Source: Macrostomum lignano (taxonomy: Eukaryota). From it: a stretch of DNA of 64,000 bases. The translations under genes and the position numbers were made by a program. Positions within the stretch are counted from its first letter, which is position 1. The number at the start of each line of letters is the position of its first letter. This document shows positions 38,426 to 51,583 of this stretch, piece by piece. The stretch lies in the NCBI GenBank assembly GCA_002269645.1, contig NIVC01001008.1:248001-312000 (forward strand), read 5' to 3'. The notes under the pieces were generated by a model that worked only from the letters and a program-made list of their open reading frames with translations, was not told the origin of the DNA and did no database searches.

Positions 38426-38492
38426 TTGTGAAGCAATATTAGCACACCTATGCTAAATTTCTAATCCACTCTAATCTTCAATCGATAGCTAC

Positions 38493-38561
38493 CTGGAGTG
38501 ACTCCAGCGACTGCGAACTAAGAGGCTCAGATGGAGACCGCGATGCTCTCAGCCATTCAAT
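38493..38561 (-). CDS. Possible internal exon of an unidentified gene
   Basis: ttctctttttag|IEWLRASRSPSEPLSSQSLESLQ|gtagct, 69 nt, phase 0-0; strong acceptor, weak donor, no homology recognised. Confidence 0.28.
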
Positions 38562-39154
38562 CTAAAAAGAGAATGCAGGCGAATGTGCTTTCTTGAAATC
38601 CATGCACTGTGCCAGACAGCATTTTCTCTCTTTTGTGTTTTTCCAGCACACCGTTTCTGTTCAAGGCGGCAAATCTCCCAGCCTGAGATTCTTTCCTCCC
38701 CCGGCCTTTCCAGCCTCCCAAAAGCCGATAATCCTGCAGCCTCCCAGAGGGCTCCGAGCCATTAACGACTTGCCAAAATGGGTTTGTCGAAATTTCTGGG
38801 AGAGAGATGGGGATATGGCTAGGAATATGAGTGAGCCCCCAGAAGGCTTAACACACTTGCTTCGGCCGGGAACAGCAGCCAACCCCCTGCTGTGCAGAGT
38901 TCCAACCTCTGCCTTGTCTTCTGTGCATCGAAAAAGCGCCGATAGCAGCATGAGGTACACGGGTGGCTGCGCGACGGGTGGCGAGACAAGCAGAGGGAGG
39001 GTCAGTAACTTCACAAATTTGCCGGAAGGAACAGCTGTCGCTCTGTGAAAATCTAACGAGCTTTGAAGAAGGAATGTGTCGCCATTCTGGATATCACACG
39101 GCTGCGAAATTCTGCAAATGAGTTAGCAGTATCTGCATTCGCGACATACCAGGC

Positions 39155-40085
39155 CAAGCTACGCAAACCCCAAGCTACTCAAACCCCAATCAACACAAAC
39201 GCCAAGATGCACAAACCCAAGATGCACAAACCCCAAGCTATACGAACCCCAAGATGCACAAACCCCAATCAACACAAATCCCAAGCTACACAAACTCCAA
39301 GCTACACGAACCCCAAGCTACACAAACCCCAAGCTACACAAACCCCAAGCTACACAAACCCCAATCAACACAAACCCTAAGCTACACAAACCCCAAGATG
39401 CACAAACCCCAAGCTACACAAATCCCAAGCTACACAAACCCAAGATGCACAAACCCCAAGCTATACGAACCCCAAGCTACACAAACCCCAAGCTACACAA
39501 ATCCCAAGCTACACAAACCCCAAGCTACACAAATCCCAAGCTACACAAACCCCAAGCTACACAAATCCCAAGCTACACAAACCCCAAGCTACACAAATCC
39601 CAAGCTACACAAATCCCAAGCTACACAAACCCCAAGCTACACAAATCCCAAGCTACACAAACCCAAGATGCACAAACCCCAAGCTACACAAATCCCAAGC
39701 TACACAAACCCAAGATGCACAAACCCCAAGCTATACGAACCCCAAGATGCATAAACCCCAATCAACACAAACCCCAAGCTGCACAAACCCCAAGCTACAC
39801 AAACCCAAGATGCACAAACCCCAAGCTATACGAACCCCAAGATGCATAAACCCCAATCAACACAAACCCCAAGCTACACAAACCCCAAGCTACACAAACC
39901 CCAAGATGCACAAACCCCAAGCTACACAAACCCCAAGCTACACGAACCCCAAGATGCACAAACCCCAAGCTACACAAACCCCAAGATGCACAAACCCCAA
40001 GCTACACGAACCCCAAGCTACACGAACCCCAAGATGCACAAACCCCAATCAACACAAACCCCAAGCCACACAAACCCCAAACTAA
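39155..40085. repeat. About 16-bp minisatellite
   Basis: Unit CACAAACCCCAAGCTA with GATG/CACGAA/AATCAA variants. Confidence 0.95.
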
Positions 40086-40616
40086 AAAGTATATTTAATC
40101 TCCATAAGCTTCTGAAATTTCGCACCCTAAATTAAAAGCAAGATTCAAAATCAAAGTTATGTTACAGGGAGATCACGAAACATGCATGGCGACACGTGAC
40201 CCCCCCCCCCCGCACGGACATTCAACCTCAAGCTCTAGTTCCGTGAGGCATTCCCGCTTATAAAACACCCATACTTCGTCCACATGGCTTTAAAAACTTG
40301 AGCTGGTCAATAACTCAGGCCAACTATATTTGATTGGCAGCCTCAGCCTAGACTTCCCATTTTCAATTTTTTACATTATTAAAAATGTTCTCCGTCAAGT
40401 TCTGTCTTTCAAGCTTGGCTGTTCCCTTCACAATAAAAGAAATTTCGAGTCAATCAGAAGGTTTTCTAAGAAGCCAACACCAACTCCTGCCTTGTGTACA
40501 GATCTTATATTTTTAGAAGTTCTCTATTCAAACAATAATCGGTACGAAAGCTTTGGTTTTTTACGATTGATCAGCTTTAGCAAATTTTGAGGGTAAAAAC
40601 CTTCTCCTGCAGGTTC

Positions 40617-41490
40617 CCTTCCCCACCCCTTCATGCCTTCCCCACCCCTTCATGCCTTCCCCACCTCTTCATGCCTTCCCCACCTCTTTATGCCTTCCCC
40701 ACCCCTTCCTGCCTTCCCCAGCCCTTCCTGCCTTCCCCAGCCCTTCCTGCCTTCCCCAGCCCTTCCTGCCTTCCCCAGCCCTTCCTGCCTTCACCAGCCC
40801 TTCCTGCCTTCCCCAGCCCTTCCTGCCTTCCCCACCCCTTCCTGCCTTCCCCACCCCTTCCTGCCTTCCCCACCCCTTCCTGCCTTCCCCACCCCTTCCT
40901 GCCTTCCCCACCCCTTCCTTCACCCATCCTTCTTTCCTCCACCCCTTCCTGCCTTCCCCACCCCTTCCTGCCTTCCCCACCCCTTCCTGCCTTCCCCACC
41001 CCTTCCTGCCTTCCCCACCCCTTCCTGCCTTCCCCACCCCTTCCTGCCTTCCCCACCCCTTCCTGCCTTCCCCACCCCTTCCTGCCTTCCCCACCCCTTC
41101 CTGCCTTCCCCACCCCTTCCTGCCTTCCCCACCCCTTCCTGCCTTCCCCACCCCTTCCTGCCTTCCCCACCCCTTCCTGCCTTCCCCACCCCTTCCTGCC
41201 TTCCCCACCCCTTCCTGCCTTCCCCACCCCTTCCTGCCTTCCCCACCCCTTCCTGCCTTCCCCACCCCTTCCTGCCTTCCCCACCCCTTCCTGCCTTCCC
41301 CACCCCTTCCTTCACCCATCCTTCTTTCCTCCACCCCTTCCTGCCTTCCCCACCCCTTCCTGCCTTCCCCACCCCTTCCTGCCTTCCCCACCCCTTCCTG
41401 CCTTCCCCACCCCTTCCTGCCTTCCCCACCCCTTCCTTCACCCATCCTTCTTTCCTCCACCCCTTCCTGCCTTCCCCCTTCCTGCTACCA
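40617..41490. repeat. 19-bp polypyrimidine minisatellite
   Basis: Unit CCTTCCTGCCTTCCCCACC; explains the Pro-rich and Gly-rich ORFs in all frames. Confidence 0.97.
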
Positions 41491-42016
41491 TCCCCTCCTA
41501 CCTTCCTTCCTCCCCCTACCCCTTCTGGCTCATCCCCTCCATTCTGGTGCGGCTTCTCAGGCAAAAATAATTTCTTCTCTGCACAGCTTCCTTTGCTGAA
41601 GCAGAAGTCTTTGCTGAAGCTGTCTCCTTCTTTGTTAGTAGGGGCAACAATAAACGTTCACGCGCAAGGCTTAGATCTCAGCCCTTAAAGACTGCCAAAG
41701 CGCTTGACAACAACTGCTTTGCCAGAACTTGCTTCCGCTAGTAACTTCCGTCTCGTTCCCCGTGCAAGCAAGAGGTGAACAGAGTTCAAACGTTGTTGAC
41801 TAGCTACCCCAGGAGTGGTGAATAATCCTGTTTTACAGTGCAAATTTGTGCCGGTCTCTGTCAGTAGATGTCAAAAAAGGCAACTTTGTCAGACAGTGAG
41901 AATTGGGATCAGATTAATCTATCGAAAGGTGAATTTATTTTTGGAAAACGGGAAAATATGACAAGCAGAGCACCAGAATATAATTGTCAAGTAAATAGTG
42001 TCAGATGGATTGACAC

Positions 42017-42425
42017 GTTTTCAGGCAGTCTAATTTAGCGTCAGGCAATTTGATTTAGTATCAGGCAGTCAGATTAAGTGTCAGGCAATTTGATTTAGTA
42101 TCAGGCAGTCAGATTTAGTGTCAGGCAGTCAGATTTAGTGTCAGGCAATTTGATTTAGTATCAGGCAGTCAGATTAAGTGTCAGGCAATTTGATTTAGTA
42201 TCAGGCAGTCAGATTTAGTGTCAGACAAATTGATTTAGTGTCAGACAATTTGATCTAGTGTCAGGCAGTCAGATTTAGTGTCAGACAATTTGATCCAGTG
42301 TCAGGCAGTCAGATTTAGTGTCAGACAATTTGATCCAGTGTCAGGCAGTCAGATTTAGTGTCAGACAATTTGATCCAGTGTCAGGCAGTCAGATTTAGTG
42401 TCAGACAAATTGATTTAGTGTCAGG
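42017..42425. repeat. 20-bp minisatellite with alternating A/B units
   Basis: TCAGGCAGTCAGATTTAGTG alternating with TCAGRCAATTTGATYYAGTR. Confidence 0.92.
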
Positions 42426-44194
42426 TTGTGAAATGATCTATTTTTAGACAAAATGCTTCAGTGTCAGATAAATTATTTATTTTCGGGCTTTCTCACCGAT
42501 GCAAAACTTCAGTAGCCTGAAGCTTCAATACCCCCCCCCCCCAGTTCATTAGCTCTAAACTTTGAAAGTAACAAGCACAAGGGGAATAAACCAATTCGAA
42601 ATAGTTCTGTCCCCGCACTCGTTCTTTGCTAGTCAATCTAGCTCGTACGTCCAAGGAAGCTGGAGGCCGCCATCTTGTCCAAGCGGTTAGCCTTCATCGC
42701 CTAATCAGCGGAGGTTTCTGTCAAGACGCCAACTAATCAATGGGGCGAATTTATCGAGCAGCGATGCAACTTCCTCAATGCTGAACAGAGGCCTTTATCT
42801 TATCTACAATCAGAGAAAATAAGATAAAAAACGTTCCCCCGAGTATCGATCTGTCTTCCTTAGCGACAAAAATATTTTTTTTCGGAGCTGTTGCCCCAGC
42901 CCGCTAAGGTTAGTAGTATAAGGTAGCCCGCGGGATTTCCCACTAATTACACGACTAATTCTCATTAATGCCTGCTTCAGCTTGTCTCCATCGATGCCTT
43001 TTACAGAATGCGCTCAGTCATATCTGCTGCGGAAAAACAGATCAATCTTTGGGATGCAGCCAGAAGGCGTCGCTAGGGGGATGGGAAGGAGAGAAAACAG
43101 CAAAAAGGCGAGTCATATTGAGCAGAAGAGAAGAGCAGAGAGAGGCCCTTGCTGCTGCAGTTGCTGCTGTATCGACTCTGAAGATGCTGAGCAAGCGGGC
43201 CGGACATCAACGACTCCATGGCGACTCTCTGCCCTCCCCCCACCCTCTGCATCGCACAGGCCGTGACATTTCCGGCGTGTTGGGGGCAGCCTGCTTTGGG
43301 ACAAGGAGACCTTAGACCAGGATCTGGAGTTCCAAACTCCCCCTGATCTCTAGGGGAGGTCAAGGGGGGTCAGCCCCCCGGATGGCACCGATTTCTGCCC
43401 AGTTACGAGTTTAAAAGAGGAATTCGAACCATGAAAAATGGTTATTCTCCACGAAAGTTTGGTTCTATTGCTTCTTGAATGCAGTATATTTGTAATGAAA
43501 TTGTGCAGGTAATATGCATTTAGATGGAACTATACCCAAATTAATTGCTTCTGACCAAATACAATTATTAATTTTGTGATAAAAACTGATTTTTTCCTAT
43601 TTCCGCAGTGTATTTTTTCCCCAAGAAATAGGCCTCAAAAAACCACACGATCTTTGAGTTTTACGTCCTGTTATACTACAGTGGTCCTTGATTTGCACTC
43701 TAGATGCTCACTCTAGATCGCCTTGGCAAGTGGAAGGGCGAGGAGGAGGGCATCCAGCCTCTGGGATGGGAGAGTAGGAGAGAGAGAGAGAAGGAATCCC
43801 AAAAAGTCCCAATCTGAGGTTGCGGTCACCGCTACTGAATCGCAATCCCCGGTTGGCGAGGTTTCCGCTAAGATTATAGCTATATTTTGGCTCGCTTACA
43901 GCCCATATGCACAGGAAACTATGGTCCGGAGTATGCATTTATTATTGTTGAGAATGTTTTTTGCAATAATCTCCCTTACAGAGCTTGTACTTGCCCCTGG
44001 GAATGCACTGTTAAGCGTGTTGTTTGGCTTCTGTGAGATGCCTCAATGCTCTCAGTCGTGCTGCCGTGCAATCCTATGAGTTATGACCCTACACTTATAG
44101 TATAGCTTTGATGGTGTTAGATTGTAAATTAATTAATAAATGCATTGCATCACTTTATGCGGATGAAAATAAGGTCTGCTCAGGATTCACTCTC

Positions 44195-44840
44195 TTGGAC
44201 AGAAGTGAATGGCACACAATTCACTCGGACAGAGGTGAATGGCACACAATTCACTCGATCAGGGGTGAATGGCACTTACAGAGGGACAGAGGTGAATGGC
44301 ACTCACAGAGGGACAGAGGTGAATAGCACTTACAGAGGGACAGAGGTGAATGGCACTCACAGAGGGACAGAGGTGAATGGCACTCACAGAGGGACAGAGG
44401 TGAATGGCACTCACAGAGGGACAGAGGTGAATGGCACTCACAGAGGGACAGAGGTGAATGGCACTCACAGAGGGACAGAGGTGAATGGCACTCACAGAGG
44501 GACAGAGGTGAATGGCACTCACAGAGGGACAGAGGTGAATGGCACTCACAGAGGGACAGAGGTGAATGGCACTCACAGAGGGACAGAGGTGAATGGCACT
44601 CACAGAGGGACAGAGGTGAATGGCACTCACAGAGGGACAGAGGTGAATGGCACTCACAGAGGGACAGAGGTGAATGGCACTCACAGAGGGACAGAGGTGA
44701 ATGGCACTCACAGAGGGACAGAGGTGAATGGCACTCACAGAGGGACAGAGGTGAATGGCACTCACAGAGGGACAGAGGTGAATGGCACTCACAGAGGGAC
44801 AGAGGTGAATGACACTCACAGAGGGACAGAAGTGAATGGC
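44195..44840. repeat. 27-bp minisatellite, about 22 copies
   Basis: Unit CACAGAGGGACAGAGGTGAATGGCACT; explains the HRGTEVNGT ORF. Confidence 0.97.
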
Positions 44841-45254
44841 AAAGGTTATTTTTATTTACCCTCTATGCAGTCACGTGACGCTGCTTCTAGCAAACAATGG
44901 CCCAAATCTGACAGCAGCGAAGTCTGGCTGGGAGATCGGCAAGCAATGCGGACTCGAGGACAGGTAGCTCGGCACCTCAGCAACAGCAGCAACAACATCA
45001 TCAGAAGCAGCTGTGGCGGCAGCGGAATTTCGAGTTGTGTAGTTGGGATTTTCCAAATTTTCTCCCAAAAATATTGTACACCAGAAACTGCAAACTTGCA
45101 GTTTCGCATCCAACTTTTTTGTTGAGAAAAAGATTTGCTGGCAAGTGGCCAGCCAATCAGCTTGCAGAGAATTGAAGAGGATTACGTGCTGGTTAGATGC
45201 TGCTGCAGTATATGGATTGAGGATATCTTTACTGCCGATTGGCTATGACAATTG

Positions 45255-46113
45255 TGGCACTGACACTATAATCTATAGCTCTGACACTAATTTATGGCAC
45301 TGACACTAATCTATGGCATTGAAACTTGTCTATGGCACTGACACTAATCTATGGCACTGACACTAATCTATGGCACTGACACTAATCTATGGCACTAACA
45401 CTTGTCTATGGCACTGACACTAATCCATGGCACTGACTTATCTATGGCACTGACACTAATCTATGGCACTGACACTTGTCTATGGCATTGACACTAATCT
45501 ATGGCACTAACACTTGTCTATGGCACTGACACTAATCTATGGCACTGACACTTGTCTATGGCACTGACACTAATCCATGGCACTGACTTATCTATGGCAC
45601 TGACACATGGCAGTGGCTCTGACACTAATCTATGGCACTGACACATGGCAGTGGCTCTAATCTATGGCACTGACACTAATCTATGGCACTGACACATGGC
45701 AGTGGCTCTAATCTATGGCACTGACACTAATCTATGGCACTGACACTAATCTAAGGCACTGACACTTGTCCATGGCATTGACACTAATCTATGGCACTGA
45801 CACATGGCAGTGGCTCTGACACTAATCTATGGTACTGACACATGGCAGTGGCTCTAATCTATGGCACTGACACTAATCTATGGCACTGACACTAATCTAA
45901 GGCACTGACACTTGTCCATGGCTCCGACACTAATCTATGGCACTGACACATGGCAGTGGCTCTGACACTAATCTATGGTACTGACACATGGCAGTGGCTC
46001 TAATCTATGGCACTGACACCCTTATGGCGCTGACACTCATCTATGGCACTGACACTCATCTATGGCACTGATACTCTTCTTATTGCGCTGACACTTGTCT
46101 ATGGCACTGACAC
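45255..46113. repeat. 19-bp minisatellite with interspersed CATGGCAGTGGCTCT variants
   Basis: Unit CACTAATCTATGGCACTGA. Confidence 0.94.
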
Positions 46114-46581
46114 TATAATCTTACGCCGTAAGATTTACCGTAATTCAAAGAAGCTGCATCAGATACGTGTACATTCATTCATACATGCACGCTCTCTAGA
46201 GAACGCATGAGCACTGAATGAGGTTTCACCATAGACAAAATCAGTAGAGAAAAATCCGAATTCTCGAGAGCGTACTTAATGTACTGTTGATACAATTATT
46301 TGTTCCATTTCTAGGAGTGTAAGGTCCTTGTACTGCAGATGTCCCTGTCATACTGTATAAATATAGTTGAAGGAAAGCACAGAAAGTACATACACACCCG
46401 AAATACAATGTATGAAGCAAAACCACTAGCTGTAAACCTCTGCCCACTCTGTAACCCGTGGGAAATTAGGGCTCAATCACGCAGTAAAAACATAGCTTTT
46501 GAACAGCTCATTTTTATAGTGTATAACTATACGCTAAAGCAAAGAGCCGTATCCGTGGAGACCCTACCACAGACACCGAGA

Positions 46582-47025
46582 ATGCATCGCAGCCGGCTGG
46601 AGGTGCTCAGCAATTTAGCTGGCGGCAGCTTCTCAATCTCGTCAGACATCGCCGAGGCCTACAACGAGCGCCGGTGCCTGCCTCCCGGCGGATTCTGCGC
46701 TGGCTCCATTGTATTGAGCGTTTCAGCGATCGCCTGTCTGACTGTCGGACTCGGCCTTCGCTACGGCGGTGTCGGCGCCCCGCAGCTCAGCCTGGCGTTC
46801 CTCACCGTCGCAGGCGTGTCGGCCAGCGTGGCGGCTGGCCTAGCCGCGGCCAGCTTCTGCTGCCTCTGCGCCGTCGATGGCCGCTGTCGGCTGAGACCGC
46901 GCTGCGCCGCCTGGTGGCTGCTGCAAATCCGGCGCGGCCGCGGCCGACAACTGCCGGCGGCCGGTAGGATGAGCGCAGATTTACAGTTAGGACTTGGCGA
47001 TCAGCGCGTCGGAGACGCCTCCTAG
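46582..47025 (+). CDS. Orphan two-transmembrane protein (147 aa from ATG 46582; may have upstream exons)
   Basis: GC-rich coding-like block; hydrophobic segments GSIVLSVSAIACLTVGLGL and LSLAFLTVAGVSASVAAGLAAASFCCLC; in-frame acceptor ctaccacag| at 46572; possible phase-0 upstream exon 44871-44963. Confidence 0.55.
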   Translation: MHRSRLEVLSNLAGGSFSISSDIAEAYNERRCLPPGGFCAGSIVLSVSAIACLTVGLGLRYGGVGAPQLSLAFLTVAGVSASVAAGLAAASFCCLCAVDGRCRLRPRCAAWWLLQIRRGRGRQLPAAGRMSADLQLGLGDQRVGDAS

Positions 47026-47142
47026 TTGCACGGACAACTCAGATGCCATGAGCTCAGTATGCAGCTGTCTCAAGCATAGGACTCATATTTGTGTCTGTAA
47101 TCCTGCCTTGCTTTCATTATAACAATTACGAATATAACCATA

Positions 47143-48660
47143 TAATCCCGTGAATGACACCTTGATTCCTCGATAATCTGATACATCGATAATCTACTAA
47201 TTTACACCTTGATCATATCAATCGATTGATAATCTAATGAATCACACCTTGATCTCATCAATCGATTGATAATCTAATGAATCACACCTTGATCTCATCA
47301 ATCGATTGATAATCTAATGAATCACACCTTGATCTCATCAATCGATCGATAATCTAATGAATCACACCTTGATCCCATCAATCGATCGATAATCTAATGA
47401 ATCACACCTTGATCTCATCAATCGATCGATAATCTAATGAATCACACCTTGATCCCATCAATCGATCGATAATCTAATGAATGACACCTTGATCCCATCA
47501 ATCGATTGATAATCTAATGAATGACACCTTGATCCCATCAATCGATCGATAATCTAATGAATGACACCTTGATCCCATCAATCGATTGATAATCTAATGA
47601 ATGACACCTTGATCCCATCAATCGATCGATAATCTAATGAATGACACCTTGATCCCATCAATCGATTGATAATCTAATGAATGACACCTTGATCCCATCA
47701 ATCGATTGATAATCTAATGAATGACACCTTGATCCCATCAATCGATTGATAATCTAATGAATGACACCTTGATCCCATCAATCGATTGATAATCTAATGA
47801 ATGACACCTTGATCCCATCAATCGATTGATAATCTAATGAATGACACCTTGATCTCATCAATCGATTGATAATCTAATGAATGACACCTTGATCCCATCA
47901 ATCGATTGATAATCTAATGAATGACACCTTGATCTCATCAATCGATTGATAATCTAATGAATGACACCTTGATCTCATCAATCGATCGATAATCTAATGA
48001 ATCACACCTTGATCCCATCAATCGATCGATAATCTAATGAATGACACCTTGATCCCATCAATCGATTGATAATCTAATGAATGACACCTTGATCCCATCA
48101 ATCGATTGATAATCTAATGAATGACACCTTGATCCCATCAATCGATTGATAATCTAATGAATGACACTTTGATCCCATCAATCGATTGATAATCTAATGA
48201 ATGACACCTTGATCTCATCAATCGATTGATAATCTAATGAATGACACATTGATCCCATCAATCGATTGATAATCTAATGAATGACACCTTGATCTCATCA
48301 ATCGATTGATAATCTAATGAATGACACCTTGATCCCATCAATCGATTGATAATCTAATGAATGACACCTTGATCTCATCAATCGATTGATAATCTAATGA
48401 ATGACACCTTGATCCCATCAATCGATTGATAATCTAATGAATGACACCTTGATCCCATCAATCGATTGATAATCTAATGAATGACACCTTGATCCCATCA
48501 ATCGATTGTTAATCCCGTGAATGATACCTTGATCCCATCAATCGATCGTTAATCCCGTGAATGACACCTTGATCCCATCAATCGATTGTTAATCCCGTGA
48601 ATGACACCTTGATCCCATCAATCGATTGTTAATCCCGTGAATGACACCTTGATCCCATCA
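47143..48660. repeat. 40-bp minisatellite with palindromic core, about 37 copies
   Basis: Unit GACACCTTGATCCCATCAATCGATTGATAATCTAATGAAT; lies between convergent genes. Confidence 0.98.
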
Positions 48661-49585
48661 GCCGCTTACATGACTGCCTATTGAATATCTATTAAGGAAA
48701 GCAGATGATAGAAAATACACACAAAATGCGGTGGCAGCAAAACCTTTATAAAGTTTTCTCTCAGGAGAAATCAAATTTAACCGAGTAGAATAAGCAAATA
48801 TTATTAGTTATTCCTAATAATTAAGTATTATATATTTTTCTACATTTGTGTTATAAAAAGGGAACGATTGCCAACACTTGGGAGCTGATGACTGCGAACT
48901 GTGGTCGCCAGAATTGCAGATCTATGGTGGACTGAATACACAGCTAGAATCAGATTCGGGGTGGTGTAGACACAGACTTTTTAGCCATATTAAAATCATC
49001 AATAGCAAACAGAAAGTACGGGACGCACTTACAAAATATTTTTGCGGTACAATAATTAATATAAATCTGAGGAAATTGATTTATAGTAGGCGTTGACTAA
49101 TAAAATAAACGAAAAAAGAAACACGAATTCTATACTACTGCAAGTAGTCTCGCAGCAGAATACTCAGTGATTGAAACTGACGAATTCTAGACGGATTCAC
49201 GGGAGACCAAATAAGGGAAAGCAGCGGCACAATTTGAAGACGCATGCTCAGTACATGCTACTATTATCCATCGAGTAGCAAGGCATGAGTGCGTGTTGTT
49301 GCTAAATTAATCAATTTATTCCCGTTGCATAAGAGATGAATATATAAAATATACCCAAAAAACGGGGACCTGATAGAGATTAGTAAAACTAACTAGCGGT
49401 AGGCTTAAAAATGAAACAGAAAGTACAACTACAAGTACACAGAGTGCAAGCCTATTTGGCACACAATGCCCAGTATATATATATTTAGCCCAAAAGACAG
49501 ATGCTAACCAATTCTCCTTAAACAGTCGTCAGCTTATTAGAAAAAAATCAATAATAAAATATTTTGTTAACTTCAAATTGAGAGT

Positions 49586-49734
49586 CTAAGGACGCGGCTC
49601 GCCATACTTTTTTGTGAACTCTTCGGCCGATTTCATGAATTTCTTCCGATCCCGAAGGTACTCCTCGGCAAGGTCGCCACGCAGCGGGTTCTCCGGCTCC
49701 GGATCGTGCACCATGGCCACCAGGGCTTGCACCA
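49586..49734 (-). CDS. UBE2L3: Ubiquitin-conjugating enzyme E2 L3 (UbcH7), exon 3 (terminal)
   Basis: cccgcag|TG with branch CACTAAC; [49 protein letters not shown]. Confidence 0.97.
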
Positions 49735-49814
49735 CTGCGGGTGGGCATTGTGGGCTTGTTAGTGCCACTGAATAACATGTTCATGGCCATTCACTGGCCC
49801 GGGATAATGCAGCA

Positions 49815-51212
49815 CATCTATTGGATAATTGCGGCATCTATACAGCTGATCTATTGGATAATTGCGGCATCTATACAGCTGATCTATTGGATAATTACGG
49901 CATCTATACAGTAGATCTATTGGATAATTGCGGATCTATAAGTAGATCTATCGGATAGTTGGGGCATCTATACAGTAGATCTATTGGATAATTGGATCAT
50001 CTATACAGTAGATCTATTGGATAATTGGATCATCTATACAGCTGATCTATTGGATAATTGGATCATCTATACAGTAGATCTATTGGATAATTGGATCATC
50101 TATACAGTAGATCTATTGGATAATTGGATCATCTATACAGTAGATCTATTGGATAATTGGATCATCTATACAGTAGATCTATTGGATAATTGGATCATCT
50201 ATACAGCTGATCTATTGGATAATTGGATCATCTATACAGTAGATCTATTGGATAATTGGATCATCTATACAGTAGATCTATTGGATAATTGGATCATCTA
50301 TACAGTAGATCTATTGGATAATTGGATCATCTATACAGCAGATCTATTGGATAATTGGGGCATCTATACAGTAGATCTATTGGATAATTAGGGCATCTAT
50401 ACAGTAGATCTATTGGATAATTGGATCATCTATACAGCAGATCTATTGGATAATTGGGGCATCTATACAGTAGATCTATTGGATAATTGGATCATCTATA
50501 CAGTAGATCTATTGGATAATTGGATCATCTATACAGTAGATTTATTGGATAATTGGATCATCTATACAGTAGATCTATTGGATAATTGCGGATCTATACA
50601 GCAGATCTATTGGATAATTGCGGATCTATACAGCAGATCTATTGGATAATTGCGGCATCTATACAGTAGATATATTGGATAATTGCGGCATCTATACAGT
50701 AGATCTATTGGATAATTGGGGCATCTATACAGCTGATTTATTGGATAATTGGATCAGCTATACAGTAGATCTATTGGATAATTGGATCATCTATACAGCT
50801 GATTTATTGGATAATTGGATCATCTATACAGCAGATCTATTGGATAATTGGATCATCTATACAGCAGATCTATTGGATATTTGGATCATCTATACAGCTG
50901 ATCTATTGGATAATTGGATCATCTATACAGCAGATCTATTGGATAATTGGATCATCTATACAGCAGATCTATTGGATAATTGGATCATCTATACAGCAGA
51001 TCTATTGGATAATTGGATCATCTATACAGCTGATCTATTGGATAATTGGATCATCTATACAGCAGATCTATTGGATAATTGGATCATCTATACAGTAGAT
51101 CTATTGGATAATTGCGGATCTATAAGTAGATCTATCGGATAGTTGGGGCATCTATACAGCAGATCTATCGGATAGTTGGGGCATCTATACAGTAGATCTA
51201 TTGGATAGTTAG
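49815..51212. repeat. 33-bp minisatellite filling UBE2L3 intron 2, about 42 copies
   Basis: Unit CTATTGGATAATTGGATCATCTATACAGYWGAT; explains the LLDNWIIYTVD ORFs. Confidence 0.97.
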
Positions 51213-51294
51213 GGCAGATTCTCAGGCACCTACACAGCAGGTCTATTAAGATAATTTTAAGGCATCCGCACCTACAAATAGCAAGTCAAATTAC

Positions 51295-51583
51295 CTTGAT
51301 CAGTCTTAGTTGCTGGCTTCCAATTCTCGGGATTAATAATTGGCAGACACACCTGCCCCTTCTCATCAATATTAGGATGATAAATTTTAGTTTTAAACGT
51401 CACCTTCGGCGGCTTGAACGGGTACTCAACCGGGAATTCGATTCTGACGCGGAACGCCCGCTGATTGTAGGGCTCTTTCTCTGGCACTATCAGACCACTC
51501 CACACCAGTATGTTATTGTCGTCAACTTGAACATCTCGAAACACAGAGCGCAGTGTCTCAGAGTTGTTAATCTCAGCCAGCTC
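51295..51583 (-). CDS. UBE2L3: UBE2L3 exon 2 (catalytic Cys)
   Basis: ctgacag|[61 protein letters not shown]|gtaatt. Confidence 0.98.

Noticed and set aside
36916-38445. 473-aa ORF of 14-aa repeats (also the long ORFs at 29124-30536, 40587-41688, 44145-45125, 49984-51142, 13248-13703 and 25984-26811)
   Set aside because: Each is a stop-free reading of a DNA tandem repeat; variation is not codon-constrained and several lie in introns or a MITE.
38580-43940. Additional exon candidates between the minisatellites (38661-39110, 41586-41930, 43040-43320, 43715-43860)
   Set aside because: Splice-like signals exist on both strands, but no phase-consistent model or homology could be established.
47143-48660. 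CRISPR-like appearance of palindromic 33-42-bp repeats
   Set aside because: The units are head-to-tail with no unique spacers, there are no cas genes, and the context is eukaryotic.
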